Assembly (NCBI GenBank): GCA_951406725.2 | Contig: OX597833.1 | Location: 14,384,001-14,448,000 of the forward strand | Length of the DNA: 64,000 nt | Direction: 5' to 3' | Source: Octopus vulgaris | Taxonomy: Eukaryota | Part shown: positions 1 to 12,849 of the stretch, one piece after another | Layout: each line of letters begins with the position of its first letter | How positions within the stretch are numbered: the first letter of the stretch is position 1 | Program-made: the position numbers and the translations under genes | Notes under the pieces: model-generated | Told to the model about the DNA's origin: nothing | What the model saw: the letters and a program-made list of their open reading frames with translations, nothing else | Databases searched by the model: none

Positions 1-39
1 GAAGCCATACATTCATTAGGTTTTTGATGTCCTGTACCC

Positions 40-214
40 ATATATGCATATATATATATACATATATATGTTGGTATGTACATATATGTATATATATATA
101 TATGCATATATTTATATATTATTTATATATTATATATATATATATATTTATTTATTTATATGTGTGTCTGTATGTAATTATTATTAGGTGCTTGATTCGT
201 ACAATAAACGTGTG

Positions 215-246
<32 letters not shown>

Positions 247-510
247 TGTATGTATGTATGTATGTATGTATGTATGTGTACATGTATGTATATAGGCATG
301 TATGCATATACATGTGAGCATGTCCCACTTCTTAATTTTCGATTCACTGCATCTCCGGCGATAAGGGTCACAGGAGATTTTCTGTATCACATAGTATGTT
401 TCTATTGAAAGGGATCAATTATCTGCTTTTCCGCCGACAATTTTCTCTGATACGCATCGGCATAAGTTATATACAAGCAGAACAAGATCACTCATAAACA
501 CACACACACT

Positions 511-581
<71 letters not shown>

Positions 582-685
582 TCACACACACTCACGAACA
601 CATACTTATGCATGCGCACATATATTTATGCAAACGCCTATATACATGTATATATGATATATATACATATATATGTATATATGTA

Positions 686-717
<32 letters not shown>

Positions 718-737
718 ACATATATATATATGTATAA

Positions 738-779
<42 letters not shown>

Positions 780-1005
780 TATATGTATATGTATGTATAT
801 ATATATATATACACACATATGGTCCATGTTTCTGTATTTATATCTCTCCTATCTTCTCTCTGTCTGTCTCCCAGTGTCTGTCTGTCTGTCTGTCTCTCTT
901 TATATATATATATATATATATATACGTAGTATGTATATCTTTCCATATACACGCACACAGTGATATATTTTGTTTGCATATTTCTATATTTCCTTCAACC
1001 CCCTC

Positions 1006-1038
<33 letters not shown>

Positions 1039-1039
1039 C

Positions 1040-1115
<76 letters not shown>
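40..1115. repeat. Cluster of (TA)n, (TATG)n, (CA)n, (CTTT)n and (CT)n microsatellites (similar clusters at 9.84-10.8, 11.4-12.0, 22.3-23.5, 34.2-34.8, 47.9-48.2, 53.1-53.3, 56.6-57.0 and 62.1-62.4 kb)
   Basis: Direct inspection. Confidence 0.95.
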
Positions 1116-1118
<3 letters not shown>

Positions 1119-2083
1119 GTCTTTCTACACCCACAGTTCATTTATACCGAATGTTTTTCCTGTCAGCTCTTGTTTTACGCCTCTGTAAGTTTATTCCTTG
1201 CTTAAATGTCAATGCGGTTGAAACACACGTACGCAGATAAATATTCAATTTAAATATCACACGATTTATCTTGTAAATTATCATTCTCCATTCGCTCGAC
1301 AATATTCAACTTTTGTGTAAATCTGTATAAATACAAGAAGCCTTCGTACACTGTCTTCCTGTCTATCGATTTCCGTTGTCAATGCTATGTTTAATCCACG
1401 TCTACATTATATGTAGATAAGGTCCAGAGCGCTGTAGTATCGAACAAATAAACAATATGGCTGATAAACGAAACTTTTAGCCACTCAGCAATGTCTCTGT
1501 CCATTTGTAAAGAGTCAACACTCTTTCGCCGGGTATTTTATTGTCTTGAAACATGGCGCTACTAATTGATTTTATGAGCATTAAATCCACACACCTTTCA
1601 ATTTACTTTCACCGCGCTCAATTATATTATAGTGAACGTTATTGAGTCTTTGAATGAAGAAATCTACTAAATTTCCCCGTAGATTTATTGTGTTAGAGGA
1701 ATGAATAAGCGTTATATTCTCTCATCTTTCATTTCCAAGCTTTCTAAATGTTTGGCCTTGAGATCGGTGACACATAGTCGTAAATCGTATAGGCGAGGCT
1801 TGGTGTACACGGAAGGTGGAGATATATATTATTGACGAATCCGTTGTGACGCATTCTTTACAGCCGAATACTGCTGTCATCACAAGTGTTAATTCTTGAT
1901 ACAATGTAGAGGCAAAATTGTTGCATGCTGACGTCGTAGGAAACTGAATTCAAATCCAATAAATACTCAATATATATCCAATAAACATCCACTATATCAC
2001 TCTTTGTTTCTATTAACTGGAGTTACAGCACAGGCGAGAGTTCGAGTCGAGACTTTTGCCTCGTATTTTCTCTAAAAATTCCT

Positions 2084-2598
2084 CACCTGTCCTCATTTAT
2101 CACTGGTTCGTTTATAGTTGACTCGGAATGCTAATTATTAAATTAACCGTGCTACGCTTATCACGCATTGATCTGTGAGAAGATGGCTTGGCAATTAATC
2201 AATGTTTCCTCTTGGTCCCAGGAGAATTTGTGGAATCAGACCGAAATTGTACACCTGTTCCCGTTTATCACTGATTCGTTTATTGTTGACTAAGAATGAT
2301 ACGGTATGCTAATTATTAAATTAACCGTGCTACGCTTATCACGCATTGATCTGTGAGAAGATGGCTTGGCAATTAATCAATGGTTCTTTTGGTCCCAGGA
2401 GAATTTGTGGAATCGGACCGAAATTGTACACCTGTTCTCGTTTATCACTGATTCGTTTATTGTTGACACAAAATGATACGGTATGCTAATTATTAACCGT
2501 GGTACGCTTATCACGCATTGATCTGTGATAAGTTTGCTTGGCAATTAATCAATGGTTTTTCTTGGACCCTGGAGAAATTGTGGAATGGGACCGAAATT
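2084..2598 (+). repeat. Three tandem copies of a ~170-178 bp unit
   Basis: cacctgt...tttatcactg.ttcgtttat...accgtgctacgcttatcacgcattgatctgtga...gaccgaaatt present three times. Confidence 0.93.
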
Positions 2599-3038
2599 CA
2601 CTTTTCTAATATCATTTCTTACATTGATGCTGTTTATGTCTCCTAAAAATTCCGGTTGAATAAAACATTTAAAACTTCAGTTTCGACTCAAAACTAATTG
2701 TATAATAAATGTCAGGTAAAATACTTCGCGGCATTTTGTCGGTCTTCACTTTCTGAGTTCAAATTCTGCATTTCATCCTTTCGGTATTAGATTTAATTTT
2801 CAAACGTTAATCTCACCGAGTATTATCTAGAAATGATTTAAGACTTTAAGATGGCAGAATCGTTTCACTCGTCTTTGCATTCTGAGTAAAAATTGCGCCG
2901 TGGTTGATTTGCCTTTCAAATTTTGGTGTCGATCAATCAGCTACCATCTGACTACTGTTTCTGATGTAATCGACGAGGCCCTCCCGAAGTTTTCAAGCGT
3001 TGTCTTTATTGTCGAAAGGATTAGCTAGAAATGATTAC

Positions 3039-3162
3039 CTCCCTTTACACTAACTGGAAGCCAGGGCTCATCCACAAGGTCAACATTGTTCAGAAATGCT
3101 TTCACAATTTTTATGGTTGTATTGATCGCCACCAAGCTGGGTCTCGCCGCTGCTCTTGAAAT
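3039..3162 (-). CDS. Candidate internal coding exon of an unidentified host gene
   Basis: Polypyrimidine tract + CAG acceptor (attttctcttcactatttgctcag), single open frame ISRAAARPSLVAINTTIKIVKAFLNNVDLVDEPWLP(VSVKG), donors CCA|gttagt (3055) or GAG|gtaatc (3039); non-repetitive within the window. Confidence 0.4.
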
Positions 3163-3259
3163 CTGAGCAAATAGTGAAGAGAAAATATAAAATACGGAGT
3201 ACTGCTTTATTGGATCAAACACTGTACCGTGTTTTCTTTATTATATTTGACAACTGTAT

Positions 3260-3674
3260 GGCGGCGAGTTGGCAGAAACGTTAGCACGCCGGGCAAAATG
3301 CGTAGCCGTATTTCATCTGCCGTTACGTTCTGAGTTAAAATTCCACCGAGGTCGACTTTGCCTTTCATCCTTTCGGGGTCGATAAATTAAGTACCAGTTA
3401 CGCACTGGGGTCGATGTAATCGACTTAATCCCTTTCTCTGTCCTTGTTTGTCCCCTCTGTGTTTAGCCCCTTGTAGGTAGTAAAGAAATAGGTATTTTGT
3501 CTGTCTTTACGTTCTGAGTTCAAATTCTATTGGTGTCGACTTTCCCTTTCATCCTTTCGGTGTCGATAAATTAAGTACCAGTTACGCACTGGAGTCGATG
3601 TAGTCGACTTAATCCGTTTGTCTATCCTTGTTTGTCCCCTCTATGTTTAGCCCCTTGAGGGTAGTAAAGAAATA
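3260..3674 (+). mobile_element. tRNA-derived SINE family A, two internal units
   Basis: A/B-box-like head (tggcagaaacgttagc...gagttcaaattcc), central gcctttcatcctttcggggtcgataaattaagtaccag domain, TSD atatttgacaactgta. Confidence 0.88.
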
Positions 3675-3829
3675 TATATTTGACAACTGTAAGGAGAATG
3701 GGTATTATTTCGCCTAAAACTGTTTCTCAACAGTTTTTTCTTATATTTTGTATATGGACCCATTTGATTCCCATTTTACTCCGGTGGACCCTTGGTAACC
3801 ATTCCGTGTTAAAAAAATAGTACTACTGT

Positions 3830-4031
3830 TTACTCTTTACTCTTTTACTTGTTTCAGTCATTTGACTGCGGCCATGCTGGAGCACCGCCTTTAGTCGAGC
3901 AAATCGACCCCAGGACTTATTCTTTGTAAACCCAGTACTTAGTCTATCGGGTGCTTTTGCCGAACCGCTAAGTGACGGCGACGTAAACACACCAGTATCG
4001 GTTGTCAAGCAATGCTAGGGGGACAAACACA

Positions 4032-4093
<62 letters not shown>

Positions 4094-4275
4094 CATATAT
4101 ACATATATACGACGGGCTTCTTTCAGTTTCCGTCTACCAAATCCACTCACAAGGCTTTGGTCGGCCCAAGGCTATATAGTAGAAGACACTTGCCGAAGAT
4201 GCCACGCAGTGGGACTGAACCCGGAACCATGTGGCTGGTAAGCAAGCTACTTACGACACAGCCACTCCTGCGCCT
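3830..4275 (-). mobile_element. SINE family B (tRNA head + CORE-like segment + internal microsatellite + GTAAAAGA tail)
   Basis: Head ggcgcaggagtggctgtgt.gtaag...gggttcagtccc, then gcaagtgtcttctactata, internal (TA)n(TG)n, and tail aaatgactgaaacaagtaaaagagtaaag. Confidence 0.88.
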
Positions 4276-5064
4276 ATATATTGGTGTATATTGGTGATTA
4301 AATATTATTAGAAATTGTAAAAAAAAATTTTTATATTTTGTGTTCTAGAAGTATAACCAATGTATTGCACATAAATTTTAATAACGAAATTTCATACGGA
4401 CCCTGGATGATGGCGACTGTTCGAAAAGATATGTAAATTAATTAAATTACATTTTAGGTAAAATAGTTATATTTTGCGAAAGTGTATTAGCCATCACATT
4501 CTAAGAGATACAGTCATTGTGAAGGACATAAAATAACTTACATACAATATTCATAAACGTGTTCACTGCTTCTATAGCAAATATTGAAATAACAGACATA
4601 ATAATTCGTCATGTGTGTACATATTTCACAAACCGGAGGCGAGTCTACTCGATCAATGACAGAGAGTTACACAAAGCATTTCCCATCTGTCAGAACAGAT
4701 TTAACAAGTTATCTGTTTAAATATGAAAAATTAATCGAGCAGCAACAGTCCTGATAATTGACTGGGAACATCTGTAATTATTTACTGACAAAATATATTA
4801 ATTACTATTATTAATGCGCATGGCATCCCCGCTGCAAAACATCCATCTTTAAGTATGCAGATACACATACCTCGGTTACAAACGTTCATACATCGAAGCA
4901 ACATGCGCATGTCAATACATTAATATTAAATGCTCTTTAATAACCTTTATTTGAATAATAATCTCCGGTAATTAACCAACTGCTAGGAGTGATGCAACAA
5001 ATACCAAATATATAAATATATAAATATATATATATATATATATACGCGCGTGTGTGTGTATGTA

Positions 5065-5255
5065 GGAGGAGAATTCACACCAAAAACAAAAGACGAAGGC
5101 AGGTGGTGTAGGCAACAAACAGATGTATTAGTATAACGCTCGGGGAGTGAAGAAGCCTTTAACGTTTCGAGCCTACGCTCTTCCACAGAAAGGAACACAG
5201 AAAGAAACAAGGAGAGAAAATAAAGAATGTGTAGTAGCTAGCGATCTATCATGGA
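5065..5255 (-). mobile_element. Dispersed ~190 bp PLE pseudo-LTR-like repeat (copies also at 6533-6720, 38655-38880 reversed, 61022-61190)
   Basis: Shared sequence acaggtggtgta...aacaaacagatgtattagtataacgctc...acgtttcgagcctacgctcttc; all copies lie next to (TA)n-rich tracts. Confidence 0.75.
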
Positions 5256-5749
5256 GAATGTCGGACAGAAGGGTCACACAGGAGATCTAGGAAGAAGGGG
5301 AGATAATAAAGCAGTGGTGATCCAAAAACGAAGGTGCGCGTGCGTGTGCATAAGAGAGTTCGATGTGCGTGTGTAAGAGGGCTGGTGACCTTGACGTGTG
5401 CATGTGTGTATGCGTAGGGGGTAAGATGTGGGGCTGGGAAGTGGTCAGTGTTGGTGTGTAAGTGGTGGTGGGTTATGATGTGATGTGTTGTGTCGTATGG
5501 TGCTGTATGGTTTATATATATCTATATACACATATATGTATATTGTCCAGTGACTCTCGTTGCTCGCCCACTTCAGTTCATTCTTCAGCTCTTCTGAAGA
5601 TCGCAGTTCTGAGAAACTCGAGTTGCACGACAAACTTACAGCTTAATTTCGAAAAGAACACCTATCTGCTACTGCACGCATTGAATATTCCATCCTTATT
5701 TGTTTGACATTAGACAACGCGCATATATCATTACACGCCTATGTATATA

Positions 5750-5872
5750 CGAAGGGTGTATGAGAACGTTCGAGTCTTCAAGGCCTTTGAGCCTTGAAGT
5801 CTTGTACCTTCATCAGAAGTCTTGTACCATGTTCTGATTTCTTGAGGCTGAATTCTTTTTATACACCCCTCG
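5750..5872. mobile_element. Mariner-like MITE
   Basis: Imperfect TIRs cgaagggtgtatgagaac / ttctttttatacacccctcg with TA on both sides. Confidence 0.6.
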
Positions 5873-5939
5873 TATGTATTAATATATGTATACACACACA
5901 CACTCCCCAACACACACATATACATAATACATACATACA

Positions 5940-6041
<102 letters not shown>

Positions 6042-7181
6042 TCGAAGGTCCTGGTAGGGTGTAGAGTTATTATTACAGAAACACTCAACCTGAATACTGG
6101 ATTATCGTGTTCTGGACCAATACCAGAATTCCTCATGCAATGGGTTTCTCAAAGAGTAAATAGTCCAAATAATAATAAGTAGACAAAGAAAATTATTCAA
6201 CGCTACTCTATTGCAACACCAGTTTACGCGAAAATTCGAAGTGAAAATTTACGAACTCTTTGATATTGGAGAAGCACCTCGTCAGACTTGCATCAAAGGT
6301 GTATACGCACAAACACAAACATATATGCACAGCACAAATGGTGTTGCATCGGCTGTTGTCCTTCCCTTGGATAGCATCGGTGGCGTTGAGAGCGGGAGAC
6401 CGGTATGCATGGGCAATTGCTGGACTTCCATAAACAACCTTGCCCGAAATTTGCGTCGGAGGGTAACTTTCTAGGTGCAATCCCATGGTCATTCATGACC
6501 GAAGGGTGTCTTTACCCTATATATATATACATAGGGAAATTTTACGAAAAAAACAAAAGACGAAGACAGGTGGTGTACAAAACAAACAGATGTATTAGTA
6601 TAACACTCAGGAATAGAAAAAGTCTTTTACGTTTCGAGTCTACGCTCTTCTACAGAAAGGGACACAGAAAAAACAAGGAGAGAAAAAAATGTGTGTAGTG
6701 GCTAACGATCTATCATGGCGACTTATCATATATATATATATATATATATGTAACGTATGGTATAATTATAAACAGGGCAAATTTTAGCCATTTCTACGCA
6801 GACTGAAAAAAATGATGAAAACTTTGAACTTTATTGGATTCTCATCAGAGGCGTCTACATCATTTTGACCGTCTCCAGACAAAGAAGCAGCTAAACTGTT
6901 TCCATACTCAACGAATGCAGCAGTTGCTCTAAGAAGAAGTCCTTAATTTGCATACCGAAAGCGTTTATACATACACACTCACACACACACACATATATAG
7001 GTTATGAGAGGTATTGGTGTCAAGAATACCTAAAGGTGTCAGGTAATGCTGAGTAAGTGCTATGGACAGACCATAGTTAAGTTCCAGGTTTGATAATGAT
7101 ACGAATGGGGAGTCCAAAGTAGGTCTAGTATTAGCATGCATATATATATATATATAATTAACAGAATGAGATTAAAAAAAA

Positions 7182-8228
7182 ACTATACACATACATATAC
7201 ATTAGTATATATTTCGGCTGACCCATAAACACGCTGACACTGCTAACCATTTGTGCAGGAATACTTTTCAGAACATAAGGATAAGTTAAAACAAATAATA
7301 TCAGAAAAAATTAGCTGCGGTATTGCAATAAATTATATCAATGCAGATGTTTTCTTTTACATCATAAATCAAAAAGATTAAAGTCGTGTTTTCAAATTTC
7401 TTTTTGCTCTTGACAGTAATTTGCGCTGTTAATTTTCGCAAACTCTAAGTATTTCAAGCGCATGCCTTTGTTGTAATTAAACTTGCTTTGAAGTAAATCA
7501 AAACTGTTTGTTAATTGTATAATCATATATTTTGCAGACATGAATTTTTTAGTATCTTTTGAGTAACTAGAGATATCGATAAATTTTTTGAAAGACGGTT
7601 CTACATTCTCCAATTTAAATCACAATTTTTCTTGCAAGGAAAAAATATTTACTGGATAAACTGTGCTTAATACTGAAGCAAATATAAAATAGCAGGAAGC
7701 CCATAACTTATAAAAACAAACTCGACTTACTTCGACTCTTTCAATATATAGTTTTCTAGCAATTCTTTTAAGTTGTTCCTGGTTTATATTAAATTGATGA
7801 AAATAGCATAAATTGTCACCTCATTATATCGAAATTGCCTACTTCATCGATTTTATGGATATCACCTATCTGAAAGAAGTTGTAATCGATGATTCGAAGA
7901 GACGAAATTAGGTAAATGTGATAGCAATGCTTAAAACATTTATCATTATATATAGATTATGCATATATAATTGCTAAGCGGAAAAGGAAACTTCTCAACG
8001 GATACAGAAGTGTGAAAAATCAGAAAAGAACCGGAAAATTTCGTCGGTGAATTTAGAGAAGAAATGGAAATAACGAATGCTAAGTGGTCAGGTGTGAATG
8101 TGGTTCCTAAGTAGAGTAGAGAGGAGATGGATAGTAAGCACCAATGCTGGGCATGCGCAAATGGCTAGCCATGTCAGTGTGTTTATGGGTCAGCCGGGAT
8201 ATGTACTAATGTATATGTATGTGTATAG
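7182..8228. repeat. ~75 bp inverted repeat pair enclosing ~0.9 kb
   Basis: 7182-7257 vs 8154-8228 (cggctgacccataaacac.ctgaca). Confidence 0.8.
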
Positions 8229-8926
8229 AAGAGAGTATTTGCTTGGTTAAGTGAACAGGAGAGCCGCCTAGTGTGTGAATGCATCTGAATGCATCAGAAA
8301 GAGAGTGAATGAAATAGAGAATATATAAATAGTTCCGTTATGCAGTGCATTTGCTCAGGTGGATATATAAAATAGCAGTATATTTTTTCTTATAGAACAC
8401 CCATGTTTAAGTGGCGAGAACCATTATTTCTCAGTGTACAAACAGTTTTCTTCTCTTATCGATATTTTCTTAGCGAGGTGGTTTGCTAATATATATACAT
8501 AAGACATGCGCCTATATATATACAATTGAAAAATAGGGTAAAATCTTTATAAGAATTTATCAAGTAGGGTGAAAAACCTCATCAGGGAAAAATCCATCAA
8601 TTTATTCCTCTTAAATATATTTACTTATATTAAGGGCATTACTATAAATAAATGCCTCACGCTAGGAGGGACCTTTAAAGTCAAAACTACCATAATAAAT
8701 AAGCACCGATTTGTACCGAATTCGAGGAATGCAACTCTCGAAGCGGGCATTTTAAAAACAGGATTCTGCTGCATATCATATGCTTTCATAATTAGTGCAC
8801 AAAATGCACTTTTTAATCTTCAGTGCAAGCATAATTCAAGATACATCTTTAATGATACAGCATATTACCTCCGGTATTCGAGTAGTATTTTCTCCCAACT
8901 TGTTACACGTTTATGTGCTTATTCTA

Positions 8927-8969
<43 letters not shown>

Positions 8970-8992
8970 TGTATGTATATATATATTTTTTT

Positions 8993-9397
8993 TATCCCGC
9001 AGGGTGTCCAATAAACACCCTCCTCACCAAGCAAGCTTGGTGGGGTTGCCGGTTTAGTCAAGTCCTCGTTAAAGGCTTTTGATATGCAGGACACTGACTG
9101 GGAGAACAATGCCTGTCATCGCCACAGATGGAGGAAGCAGGTTAAGGAGGGGATCGACACTTTTGAGAGAGCACGTATCCAGCATGAAGAACTTAAGCGA
9201 GCTGCGCGAAAGCGCACGGCTCGTATAGTGAATGGGGAAAGCTTGGTCTGCAATGTTTGCAGTCGTGTATGCTTGTCAAGAGCAGGGATCATTAGCCACC
9301 AACGGAGCCGCAAATGCAAAATATAAGTTGGTCCTAGAGCGCACAATGTACCTGAAGGTCGGCAATGGTCTTCTTCGGTCACGAGTGGACGGCCATC
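8993..9397 (+). mobile_element. RTE-clade LINE derivative (C-terminal fragment with C2H2-like finger and 3' tail) inserted in (TA)n
   Basis: WENNACHRHRWRKQVKEG...CNVCSRVCLSRAGIISHQR is typical of RTE ORF C-termini; short 3' UTR ...ggacggccatca followed by (TA)n. Confidence 0.8.
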
Positions 9398-9988
9398 ATA
9401 TATATATATAGATGGACACAAATGTATTTATATTTATATTGAGAAAAACAGAAAGGGGTTTTACCCCATTTGTGTTCTTGTTATACATAGGTCGCATGTA
9501 GGATCGACCCTGAGTCGGATCTACAGTTCAGATAGGACTTGATACCTAAATATCTAAATATCTACGGTTCAATACCAACATATACCGTTGCAAAACCTGA
9601 ATATAAACATTTGCTTTGTATAACAAAACTGTTATTTCTTATGCGAAATTGCTTTAAATATGGCACATTTAAGTTATCATTACTCCCATGGAGAAAATAA
9701 AATTTTGTGTTAAATTCTTGATATTTAAATGGAAAATGTTTACTTCCAATAAATGTTTTACATAATTAATTGGATGATAACGTGTAATTAATTTTTAGTT
9801 TGCGAGGAACGATGTGAACGCGTGAGCTAAAACGGTTTGCAAAAGCACACACGCACGCAAACATACACATCACACGCGCACAAATCGCACAGTTCACACA
9901 TGTAGCGCGCACACTCAATCACACACGAACAAACACACGCACACAAACACACAAACGCATCACACACGACACACACACACACTGTGTC

Positions 9989-10019
<31 letters not shown>

Positions 10020-10071
10020 CATATTCTATTTAAATACATACATACTTGCATTACATACATACATACATACA

Positions 10072-10170
<99 letters not shown>

Positions 10171-10450
10171 TATTTGTGTGTGTGTGTTCGCGTGTGTGTT
10201 TTGAGTGAGTATGTGTGCGTTCAACAAAAGCACGTGACGGGTTGAAATTTAATTGCAGTAATACAGAAATAAAGATGCATTGTTCTCTACGATATCTTGA
10301 TTAAATGTGTGTGTGTATGTGTATGTATACATGCATACATACACATATATATACATATAAATATATACATATAAATATATACATACATATATATTTATAT
10401 TTATATACACATACGCATATATATATACATATACATATATGTCTATGTGT

Positions 10451-10482
<32 letters not shown>

Positions 10483-10538
10483 GTCTATGTCTATATATAT
10501 ATATATATACATATGCATATACATATATGTCTATGTAT

Positions 10539-10575
<37 letters not shown>

Positions 10576-10677
10576 CATATACATATACATATATGTCTAT
10601 ATATATATACATATATGTCTATATATATATATATATACCTATATGACTATGTATCTCTCTCCCTCTCTCTCTCTCTC

Positions 10678-10722
<45 letters not shown>

Positions 10723-11670
10723 CATATAATATATTATACATATTATATATACATATACACACACATGCATGCACACACGCATATATATTATATCTACATA
10801 TATAATGTGGCTTGTTCCGCTTAAGATTACTTGTATCAAATATACACCAAGAAACCACTCCCACTTTTGCTGATTTTCTTTGAAAATAGATTCTAATAAG
10901 TTGATAAATTCGGAAAGAATTTCGCAATCATTAAATTTTTAAACTAAGCAAACTCCACATACAGCTGAGCTGCATTTACAACCTTATTTTCAGCTTAGAT
11001 AAGAAGCCATTGAAAATTATGCGTGACATGCACTTAATATGAAAAGAATGACAAATATTACTTGTTCTTTTACGATTGCCAGCAACATAATAATATATTT
11101 ATTATTTCACGCTTAAAATAATCGCAAGCGAATAGTTTTAAGTACACAATTTTGGAAATATCAAACCATTTGAGAGAAGGGAAATACAATTACATATCAA
11201 CGTAATAAAGAATGTAATGGCCGTTAAACTCAATTCGTGTGTTTGTTACTGTTTGCTTGCGTTTACTTGTGAGTGCGGAAAACATACGAACGCTATTGCT
11301 CGGTATCAAAGCAATAGCTGCAACAAGATTATTTACACCGTGAAAGCAGGTTCTTTTATCAGGTGCAACTATGTATCATCATCTAGATTAACATATGTAT
11401 GTATGTGTGTGTATGTATGTATGTATGTATGTATGTATGTATGTATGTATGTATGTATGTATGTATGTACGTACGTATGTATGTATGTATGTGTGTGTGT
11501 GCCTGTGTGTGTGTATGTATGTATATATGTGTGTGTGATTGTGTTTATGTATATATGATTCTATGTATGCATGTATAAGTGTATATATTGATCTATCTAT
11601 ATAAAAGTGTGTATATATAGACATATATGTATATATTCATATATATTATATATAGAAAGTATATATATAC

Positions 11671-11728
<58 letters not shown>

Positions 11729-11837
11729 GCATATATATATATATATACGTGCATATATATATATACGCATATATATATATTCTTTAATTTCTTTTACTTG
11801 TTTTAGGCATTTGACTGCGGCCATGCTGGAGCACCAC

Positions 11838-11916
<79 letters not shown>

Positions 11917-11922
11917 CATATT

Positions 11923-12001
<79 letters not shown>

Positions 12002-12353
12002 CATATTTATACACACACACACACACACAGACATATATATAATCATTACAGATATAGGGTAAAAAATTATTAATTTCATAATATTTACAAATTTTACCAA
12101 GTAGTTTTAGGTATGGAAACGAACCATATTCTGTAAAAACTTATACAAAAAGTATTTTTTATATATAATTATAACAATAATTAAAGGTTTAGCAACAAGT
12201 TACTTTTCTACATTCCCCAAAATTCTAGAAATAGCAGCCAAAAGACTGCTATTTCTTTTTTCTACAAAAATATGTCTCCACAGATAGCAATATTTGTAAC
12301 CAATACAGGCAAAAAGAAGAAAAATGATGAAACCAAACAGTCTTCGATTAATT

Positions 12354-12405
12354 ATGGACGCGTTTCTGGATCAGAATTATATAAATCCATTTCCGTTATC
12401 AACAT
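12354..12405 (-). ncRNA. Degenerate hammerhead motif
   Basis: AUG-UUGAUAA-cGGA...UCCa-GAAAC-GC-GUC-CAT, inside an element (12052-12460) homologous to the 30.6-31.7 kb element. Confidence 0.4.
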
Positions 12406-12849
12406 GATATTATAAATCTGAAAATGCTAGGAAAACCTACCCCGTATATTTCTGACGAAGCGCCATCAGAACATATAAAAGCTAATCAGCATATCCACAT
12501 TTATATAGACTAGTGAATTCGTATTTCCCTCCACACACATTCGACACACACATACACCGCTACATACATACATAAATACATACTTACACATGTGCATACT
12601 TATATACATACATGCACACACGTATCCACACAAACACATGTGTATATACGACAGGGGTTTAAACACTTTCCATTTACAAAATTTACTCATAGTGTATTTC
12701 TTAGCCCGAGGGAAGAGTCGAAACATTTGCTCAAGGTGCCTCTCGGTGGGACTGAACCCCAAACCATGATACTGCAAAGCAATCTTCTCTACAACACAAC
12801 CATACGCGCCTCGCTACTTAACCAGAGTGCTTGTGTGTGTGAGCGCGTA

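Noticed and set aside
2084-2598. Tandem repeat as a non-LTR retrozyme array
   Set aside because: Unit size fits, but no CUGANGA core with paired stems was found on either strand.
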